A stretch of DNA of 64,000 nucleotides from Eledone cirrhosa. Taxonomy: Eukaryota. This document shows positions 1 through 8,076 of the stretch, piece after piece. Each line of letters begins with the position of its first letter. Within the stretch, counting starts at the first letter, position 1. The stretch spans positions 62,001 through 126,000 of the forward strand of contig CAXHJY010001394.1 of assembly GCA_964016885.1 (NCBI GenBank). Reading direction: 5' to 3'. A program made the position numbers and the translations under genes. Below the pieces are notes generated by a model that saw nothing but the letters and a program-made list of their open reading frames with translations, searched no databases and was not told the DNA's origin.

Positions 1-390
1 TTTATCTATGCATGTATGAATATATAAAATATATATATATATATATGTGTGTATGTATTTATCTATGCATGTATGAATATATAAAATATATATATATATA
101 TATATGTATGTATTTATCTATGCATGTATATATATATAAATATATACATAAATATATATATATATATATGTATTTATCTATGCATGTGTGCATACATATA
201 TATATATATATATGTATTTATCTATACATGTATGTATATATATATATATACATATATAAGTATTTATCTATACATGTATGTATATATATATATACATATA
301 TATGTATTTATCTATACATGTATGTATATATATATATATATATATATGTATATAAGTATTTATCTATACATGTATGTATATATAAAATAT
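1..390. repeat. (TA)n-rich minisatellite with recurring TATTTATCTAT(G/A)CATG core
   Basis: Direct reading. Full-length copies lie at about 15976-16553, 33726-34303, 45139-45716 and 56550-57127. Confidence 0.95.
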
Positions 391-473
391 TGTCATGTTT
401 ACAAAAATATTTTTCTAATATCGTGTTTAATATTTTATATTGTCGTCTGCTTCTCTTCTCACGTGGTTACTAA

Positions 474-847
474 CTCTCTCACCCTCTCTCTCTTTCCCCT
501 CTCATACAACCCCTTCTTTCTCTTTCTTTCCCCTCTCACACAACCTCTTCTTTCTCTCTCTTTTTGCCAGTCCCTTCTCTCACTCTCTCTCCCTCTTCCT
601 TTTTTATCTCTTTCTTTCTGTCTCTGTTTCCCTCCTATAGACATTCTCTCTCTCTCTTTCTGCTCTCACTCAGCCTTCTCTCTCTTTCCCCTCTCACACA
701 GTCTTCTCTCTCTCTCTTTCCCCTCTCACACAGCATTCTCTCTCTCTCTCTCTCTCTTTCCCCTCTCACACAGCATTCTCTCTCTCTCTCTCTCTTTATT
801 TCCCCTCTCACACAGCCTTCTCTCTCTATCTATCTATCTCTCTCTCT
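474..847 (+). repeat. Polypyrimidine (CT)n minisatellite with TTTCCCCTCTCACACAGC units
   Basis: Repeated ctttcccctctcacacagc(a/c)ttctctctc units on an almost purine-free + strand. Confidence 0.93.
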
Positions 848-1129
848 GGAGATTTTTTAACACAAAGTCACACAAGGATTAGAAAAATGGCGATAATCAC
901 TTTGAAAGTAACAATTATGCAATAAATAGTTGTTATTGCCACGTCTCGTATCCTCCTTTGGCAATGTGTAAAATGTTAGCGAGATCGAGTGAACAATACA
1001 CAAGTTATAATACTTTACAGACGGGACTTATACAGTAGATGTAGCAAAATGCGTAGATTACGATTCTTGAGACGAGATTAAAATATACGATTATGGGATA
1101 CTTTAAGAAGACGAGTAGATGTTTGAGTA

Positions 1130-1487
1130 GATTTAGCTGCTTTTTCTAGCATTTTTAGTTATACTTTGAAGCAAATTTTTTTTGTTACTATTATATTAAA
1201 AGTTATCTGGTTACGTTATTTGACTGGTATTTCTAGCATTTTACAAGGACCACGTGTGTGTTTTATTTGAGGAAGATCTAGTTGTTATTTCTGATATTTT
1301 CTTCATCAAGTTAGTTGCTATTTCCTGCATCCTCTTGAAGACAAGGAATAATAATGAATTAGCTGCTGTTTCTAGTAGGTTCTATGGTAGTGGTGAGCGT
1401 GGGAGGGAGGTTTGACTGCTATTTTTAGCAGGTTCTAAGGCATTGAGGTTTATGTTTTACGAGAGATTTGGCTGTTATTTCTAACAT
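1130..1487 (+). repeat. Cluster of degenerate TTTGGCTGCTATTTCTAGCA-like motifs
   Basis: About 7 diverged copies (e.g. tttagctgctttttctagca, tttgactggtatttctagca, tttgactgctatttttagca, tttggctgttatttctaaca). Another copy lies near 3107. Confidence 0.6.
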
Positions 1488-1834
1488 GTTATAATGGAGA
1501 GAGAGAGAGAGAGTATAAGATATACAGAGAGAGGGAGTATAAGATATAGAGAGAGGGGAAACGGCCGATGTTTACGTTGAGAAAACCTAATAAAATGTTA
1601 TAAATGGGTTTATAAAGAATAGAATGAGATAAACAAGACAAAGTTAGATAAAATAAATCAGCTGTAAGGATATTATACGATATATTTATAATATTTTAAT
1701 ATATTTTTCCTGGTCGTCTGCTGCCATTGATAGAGAGAGGAGTGGTGGGAGGTAGCCATAACAACCGTGGTAGCAGCACTGAGGTTTGTTTTTAAAGAAG
1801 TGAATACAAGAAAAACAAGCAACTAAGAATATTA

Positions 1835-2630
1835 ATCTCTTAAACCCTTCAAGATGTGTATGACAAGAAAGAAGACGTTTTAGAGTCGTATGACATAGAT
1901 GATAACTGGAAATTCTTACGTGACAACTTACTGCAGGCTACTGAAGAAACTTGTGGCTGGAGCAGAGCTCCGACCAGACAGAGAGTGACCTGGTGGTGGG
2001 ACAACACGGTAGATAAGGCCATTAGAGACAAAAGACTAGCATGGAACACTTGAAAAAATGGTGGGAGTAGAGACCGATACACAGCTGCTAAGAGAGAAGC
2101 TAGACGTCAGATGTACTTAGCACGCACGGAGGCTGAGAGTAGGAGGTTTGCCAATGTTCTGTGATGGGAAGATCAGAGGCGTGCGGTGTTCCACATTGCA
2201 AGGCATGGTGTCAGTGTAAATCAGGATGTTGTTGGAGATAAGTGTATCCGGAATGATGCCAGTGTACTTGGTGTCACGAATGATCAAAAAAAGGAGGCCT
2301 GGAAATATCATTATGAGAGGCTGATGAATTGTGGAGAATGAATGGGAGAGAGGGAAACTATCCCCAGTAGACCCAACAGAGGGACCAGCTATTGAGATTG
2401 GGGAATATAGGGTACAAGAGGCAATTAAGGAAATGAAGAATGGCAAGGCTACTGGACTCTAGGGGATAGTTGCTCAGATGCTGAAGGCATCAGAAGTAGG
2501 CACTAAACTGGTTACACACATCATCAATCAAGCTATATATGGTAGTGTCATACCCAAAGAATGGTGCAGCAGTATTCTCATAAATTGGTACAAAGGTAAA
2601 GGGGATGCTCTGGAGAGGAGCAATTATATG
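1835..2630 (+). pseudogene. Decayed RTE-clade non-LTR retrotransposon fragment (endonuclease-RT linker to start of RT)
   Basis: Peptides EETCGWSR..TWWWDNTVDKAIRDKRLAW and IPKEWCSSILINWYKGKGDALERSNY match the RTE pre-RT region. In-frame stops (e.g. TGA at 2051) and frameshifts are present. Confidence 0.85.
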
Positions 2631-2820
2631 GGCACTTCAATATTTAATGATACAGGTGATAAAACAACAACTATAAGGTAAATAAGTCACCTTATGTTAT
2701 TTACAAACATTAACGTCCACCTTAATATGAAATAATCACCATAAAAGAGGAAGCGAGGGCATCGGCTACCGGCACCCGGGCTGCTCTCTCATCCTGAGTG
2801 GGATCTTCCAGCGTTGATGC

Positions 2821-3489
2821 ATCACCACGTTGATGTAAAACTTGGTTTTTCACTTTGGGATAATACACGTATTTGCAACTTATTTATGTTTATTTACGTT
2901 GAGCGTAATCGATTTGTTTCCATATCTCCACGCGTTTTATTTCATAGTCATAGTTATAAAATTAGAAAACTTTCTTTAAAAAAAACAAATTAACGCGGGT
3001 AACTACAAGATAACCTTGTTTTGTAATACTGGCAGACATTGAAGATTCTTTATGGATGGTTGATACTCAGCTGCCAGGAACACAGGATGTGGCAGAGGGT
3101 ATAAGATTTGCCTGCTATTTCTAGCAACTTCAATGACCACATAATTGGTTTGTAATTTTGTTTTAAAGTGTAAGGGTTTACACAGCCATTTATGAATTTC
3201 TAAGAGATACGTTTACGATGAGATACACTTATTAAAAATACTTTCATTGCATAGTTCCGTTTGTAAAGGCTTTAATTTACTGTACTACTCGGGAACCTTT
3301 TAATAACACACAGGATTAAGTCCATGTTTGTTCAACCAATTAATGGTATCTGCTGTAGTAGGGGTAACGATGGAAATATGGCGATGATTAACTCCACCCT
3401 GGGGTATAATGTAGAATTCATATTTTTCAACTTGCCCATACGTGTATTATCCCAAAGTGAAAAACCAAGTTTTACATCAACGTGGTGAT
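2821..3489. mobile_element. MITE-like non-autonomous DNA transposon, 669 bp, with 52-bp perfect terminal inverted repeats
   Basis: 2821-2872 ATCACCACGTTGATGTAAAACTTGG...TAATACACGTAT is the exact reverse complement of 3438-3489. It can be read as CAC...GTG termini with an AT target duplication. No internal ORF. Confidence 0.8.
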
Positions 3490-4717
3490 TTCAAAGTTTA
3501 TTTATTTACACATGGTGGTGGGGGGGGATACGGAAATAAACGAAGGTTGACGAATGACGTCACATTCTTCTACTTTCACTTCTGACAGCCAATTCCGTTG
3601 TAGTGCCATATATAAACATGATGGTCACGGCTGGAACAACTTTAATTATAGGTCTGCTCAATCATACTAACATGGGATTTAAATTGAGCAAAGTTGGAGT
3701 TGTCTCCCTTGGTACTTTACTACGCTACGTTTGTTTATATATATCATCATCATCATCTTCAACATTATCATTTAACGTTCATTGTTATCACACCTGCATG
3801 GGTTATACAGGTTGTCACGTTATGAGACATGTCAGGTGTGGAGACCAGGTCTCATATGGATGTGTATTTTGGTTTGGTTTCTAAGGCTGGATGCCCTTCT
3901 TAACACGAAACACGTTACAATGTGGACTGCACACTTTTGTATGACCACCTTACAGGATGAACTGGGTGTTTTTATTGTTGTAGCATCAACGAGGTGTGTG
4001 GGATATTTAGCAGGTGAGGGCAGGGCCTTATGAATAGGAAGGGGTGATGAGAAGATTGGTGAAGACTAGTGTGTTCTCTACATGTTTGTTTTATTTCATT
4101 TTCAGCACATGGGAGGGGGGGGGGGTCTTCTACATTACAGCATGACGCCAGAGATCTCGATCCTGTGACATTTCCATTGAGAGGTTTAATTGGGCAAGGC
4201 GAGCTTTTATTATTTCATCCCAAGCTTTCCTAGGTCTTCCCCTTTCATAGTTAACATCGACTTTGACAACCCTGCACCTTGTTATACAGCTGTCACCTTC
4301 CATATACATCACATGTCCAAACCACCACAATCTCCTCTCCTCTACACTGCATCTGACCTCTCTTATACCTAGTTTCTCTCTCAGTTTATTAATGCTTGTT
4401 GTTCATGCACACTATTACACATCTATCAGATCCTGTAAACTTCATTTCTTTCCAGTCTTTATAGGTCCTCTGAATATATTGCCCTGGTCTCACTTCAATG
4501 TAACATTGCTGTTTGTACACAGACTTCATACAATCTGCCTTTCACTTTCAGGGGAAATCATTTTGTAGGCATCAGTAGTAGTAGCTCCCTAAACTGTTTC
4601 CATCCCATTCTCACTCAGGCTACTGTACCTTCAGAACACCCACCTCCACTGTTAATTTGGTTAATTAAGTTAACAGAAATTATGAACCGGTTTCTACAGA
4701 GCCTTCTGGACATTTAA

Positions 4718-4938
4718 CCCTTTAGCATTTAAACCAGCCATACCTAGCCAGAATACTCTCACATCTTTCTGTTCAAACCAGCCATAACTGGCCACTCATA
4801 CTGACGTTAAGGTATTGTTCTCAATATAAATAATATCAAAATCTCATAGATTCGATATTATATGAGATAATTATGTAAGATAAAGCCTTTACCACAAAAA
4901 TACAATAGTATATATAGAGTAATAAAAATGCTAAAGGG
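4718..4938. mobile_element. piggyBac-like MITE inserted in the RTE LINE
   Basis: 13-bp TIRs CCCTTTAGCATTT (4718-4730) and AAATGCTAAAGGG (4926-4938), flanked by TTAA on the left and degenerate TAAA on the right. CCC termini with a TTAA target are piggyBac hallmarks. Confidence 0.75.
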
Positions 4939-5313
4939 TAAAAGTAGCTTATTATTTTGTGAGCTCTTGCTACTTATTGCTCTTGTGCATCAAGAACATA
5001 CACAGCTTACATTTTGTTGCTAATCTCACTGAGATCCAACTACATCTCTTGTTTATCCATAGTTTGGAATTTCTACCTACTCCTTTCCTTTAGAATGATC
5101 AAGGCCATTTTCTTGTGGGGATCTAGGCCCTGTTTTCCTTTCTATTTTGCCAAGTTATCTTACATCACTTTCATTCTAGACCATGCTTCCAGGTTTGGAA
5201 TTTCTCCTCTAATTTTACCACAGATTAAGTGACAAGGGTTCAATCATGTGCATACAGGAGTTCCCATGGACAGCCAGTAATATGTAATAGCCTGCAGGAT
5301 GATAATAAACAGA

Positions 5314-5363
5314 AGAGGGTTAATTACAGAGCCCTGATAGAGGGTTAATAACAGAGCCCTGAT
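5314..5363. repeat. 25-bp tandem duplication within the RT motif QGSVINPL
   Basis: AGAGGGTTAATTACAGAGCCCTGAT followed by AGAGGGTTAATAACAGAGCCCTGAT (1 mismatch). It shifts the RT reading frame. Confidence 0.9.
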
Positions 5364-6053
5364 AGACTTGTTCACTCAACTCCTCACTATAGCCATCATT
5401 ACTTTTAACCTTACTGACTGCTCCTCCATACATGGCTTTTACTGCTCTCACAAGCCACTCATATACCCCTAGTTTTCTAAGTTATACACCAGATTATGGA
5501 AGGGGGAAGTCTCACAGAAGCTCTCTCTGGGTCAACAAATGCCAAGTAGAGGGGCTTATTTTAGCTAGGTACTACTCTTGCAGTTGCCACACAAGGAAGA
5601 GGACATCAGTGGTACTTTTACCTGGCACAAATCCAAACTTCATCTCATCTAGGTTAACTTGGTCCCTAATCAGCTGTGTTATAAATCTAACACCTTCATG
5701 AAGTGGTCCATCTAATATTTCTATAGTTTTCTAGCTCTAGTACATCTCCTTTGCCCTTGTAGCAGTTGATGATGATGATACTACACCATTTATTTGGTAT
5801 GACACCATTTTGTATTACATGCTGTACGATACCAGTGGTTAAGATGTGACCCACCACCCCAGATACTTTCAGTATCTCAGCAACTATCACCAATGGACAA
5901 GATACTTTCTCTGTCTTCATATCCTTAATTACCTTACTACACTACTGCTTACTTGTATGGCTGGACCCTCTGTTGGGCCCACTTTCCGTAGACTATCTTC
6001 CTCCCATGCATTCTCCTCATTCAGTAATCTTTCATAAAGGCATTTCCATGTTA

Positions 6054-6248
6054 CAAAGGTTGGCTGAAAAGTTCATAGACTATCAATGATAGCATGATGC
6101 TAGAGCTGTGAAATCTTGCCTGCATTAATTTCAACTCTTCTTATTAATAACTGCATTGTTTCCTTCCAGGGACTATGTTGAAAAATAAACCTCATTTGGT
6201 CATTCCATGAGTGTATCTTGGTCTGCCTATGAACTTTTCAGCTGACCC
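6054..6248. mobile_element. Tc1/mariner-like MITE inserted in the RTE LINE
   Basis: Inverted repeats GCTGAAAAGTTCATAG / CTATGAACTTTTCAGC (16 bp perfect, decayed outer ends), TA on both flanks (6052-6053, 6249-6250), and LINE sequence resuming on either side. Confidence 0.7.
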
Positions 6249-6963
6249 TATTCAGCATCAGTGAGCCCAAATGCCCCATTATCATCCTGGACACACTTTA
6301 CCCCAACATCACAATTTGCCCTCACACACTGCCTCACAATCCTGAACATCTCATGTATTTCATCCTCACATCATAAAACCAACTGAAATTATATATTCTC
6401 TGCTTCCCTCCTTGCAAAGAATACTTCTTGCCTAGCTTCCTGTAGTGTACCCTCCAGCTGCCTCCATTCTGCCATTATTCCATGCCTGTCTCTTGGCCTT
6501 AACTGTCTCATCTACCCTAGTGTTTCACCACCAAGATACTCTCCTCTCTGAAGCCCTGCTCCAGCCACAGATCTAGTTTGACACCTTCAGCAAAGGTTCT
6601 TTAAGGAACTCCCACTGTTCCCCTATATTGTATGTTTCTATTTGTTCTTCCTTACTGTTGTAAAGATCAAACAAAATATCTCTAAATTTGGAACTGGCTG
6701 AGGGGTCCTTTAACTTCCATATCCTTCTCCTCCAAGTTGCCCTCAGTCTTCAAGTTCATCTAAGTCTATGAAATCACTAACTACTGGGTTATGTTGGGAG
6801 GTGCATTCTTCCCCAGGGGGTGGGGATTGTGTGTTTACAAATGTCAATATCTCATCTTCTGGTGAGGATAAAAATCTGACTGGCATGCTCCTCTGACCAA
6901 TAGGTGTTGAAGTGGTTGTCGGGTAAACGTTAAGACCCTCTGATATACATATATATATATATA

Positions 6964-7250
6964 CTAGCAGTGGTACCCGGCGTTGCACGGGATAACGTAT
7001 TTCGGAACGCGGGCCGCCATCTTCCACTTCAGCCGGTCGCCCTAAAGTGTTGGCTATTCAGTCTACTTGAGGCCAGTTGGTGAGGGGGGGTAAAGCTTTC
7101 AGTGTGCTACTACCCTCACGGTCAAATAGAAAGGGAGAGGAAGAAAAGTCAGCGTTAATATCGTGCTACACGTTTGAAAGGTTGGATGACCTTAGAGTTC
7201 ACCAGGGTGGGGGGTTCTAAAAGTATCTATCTTGGTATTTTATCTTAGAA
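6964..7250 (-). mobile_element. Non-autonomous Helitron-like element, 3' terminus (5' boundary uncertain)
   Basis: The minus strand reads CCCGTGCAACGCCGGG (hairpin, 6976-6991), an 8-nt spacer, then CTAG followed by T in a (TA)n tract. This is the canonical Helitron 3' end. No clear 5' TC end was found. Confidence 0.7.
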
Positions 7251-7259
7251 GTAATCATT

Positions 7260-8076
7260 ACAGAGTGTACTGGGTGTATTTTAGTGGGCAGTAATTCCAT
7301 AAAGAACACAGTATAATCTGTGGACACAAGCCTTGCAGTGTGATTACAGGCAGGTTAATGGGAAAGATAGATTATATATGTGACATGATGTACATGAGAA
7401 GTGAGGACACAGACCACACATGAAATAGATTCCTACAACTGTCAGGGAGGCTCCCTAGAATTACAGATGACATATTTCAATATCTCGGTGATCAAGTTAG
7501 CAGTGGAGGAAGAATCTCTAAAAGTGTAATACCCAGGATAAGGACAGGCTGGAAGAAGTTTAGAGTACTGTTCCATCTGTTGACAACAAAGGGCTTCTCT
7601 CTCAGAATGGAGGCTAGACTGCTTGATACTTATGTGTGGTCTGCAATCTACACCCCAGCCATGCCCCTTCCACTACCACTCCTTAGCTATTTCTCTCCAT
7701 TAATACTCCTCACATTTCAAGCAGTTTTCTCATCTCAATGAAAGAAAAATATTGGGCTCAAGAGAAGTCTTCAGTTATGCCATGGTGTGGCAACCTCCCT
7801 AGGGTTGGGCAGAGTGTAAATGAGAGTGAAATTAGGTATGAGAGGGATCATATGCAGTATACAAGAGAGTAGATTACATTGGTATGGTCATGTGATGGGT
7901 ATAAAGGATGACAGCTGTATAAAAATGTGCTGGGCAATCAAAGTTGATGGAAGTTATGAAGGCGGAAGACCCAGGATGACCTGGGATGAGGTGATAAAAG
8001 ATGACTTTGCACAATTGCAACTCTCAAAGACAATGACACAGGATAGAGATCTTGAGATGTATGCAGCAATACAGAA
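7260..8076 (+). pseudogene. Decayed RTE-clade LINE 3' fragment (post-RT Cys-rich region and C-terminus)
   Basis: Frameshifted YLGDQVSSGG and RIRTGWKKFR motifs, plus ORF 7820-8113 RLHWYGHVM..GRPRMTWDEVIKDDF. It is homologous to the minus-strand piece at 4130-4330 and is truncated by the satellite array. Confidence 0.82.

Larger units (their letters stand above)
3743..6870 (-). pseudogene. Decayed, 5'-truncated RTE-clade LINE interrupted by two MITEs
   Basis: Motifs are collinear on the minus strand: endonuclease C-terminus GEECTSQHNPVVSDF (~6775-6820), IPNKWCSIIIINCYKGKGD (~5740-5800), KFGFVPGKSTTDVLF (~5600-5645), YQGSVINPL (~5340-5365), GCPWELLYAHD* (YADD decayed, 5243-5254), and C-terminal WFGHV..GRPRKAW (4130-4330). 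A probable (GAT)n tail lies at 3743-3757; whether 3743-4125 belongs to the same element is less certain. Confidence 0.85.
1..8076. repeat. Spacer copy A (5' end clipped by the window)
   Basis: Near-identical to 15933-24242, 33683-41991, 45096-53402 and 56507-64000. The sub-features listed for copy A recur at offsets of about +16166, +33914, +45326 and +56737 to +56754. Confidence 0.95.

Noticed and set aside
12-882. Long Y/I/M/C-rich and L/S/F-rich ORFs, and their copies in the other units
   Set aside because: They are translations of (TA)n and (CT)n simple repeats.
1130-1487. CRISPR-like repeat-spacer appearance
   Set aside because: The repeats are highly degenerate with irregular spacing, there are no cas genes, and the context is eukaryotic.
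2640-2690. Possible 22-nt micro-exon (tacag|GTGATAAAACAACAACTATAAG|gtaaat) and an acceptor-like site at 4085-4105
   Set aside because: Isolated splice-like motifs are common by chance in AT-rich DNA, and no coherent reading frame links them.
3743-6870. Active RTE retrotransposon or functional reverse transcriptase
   Set aside because: The catalytic YADD is changed to YAHD followed by a stop, and there are many frameshifts, a 25-bp duplication and two MITE insertions.
6945-6991. Whole macro-unit as a head-to-tail Helitron rolling-circle concatemer
   Set aside because: The CTAG end is followed by (TA)n rather than a 5' TC terminus, so no head-to-tail junction is visible.
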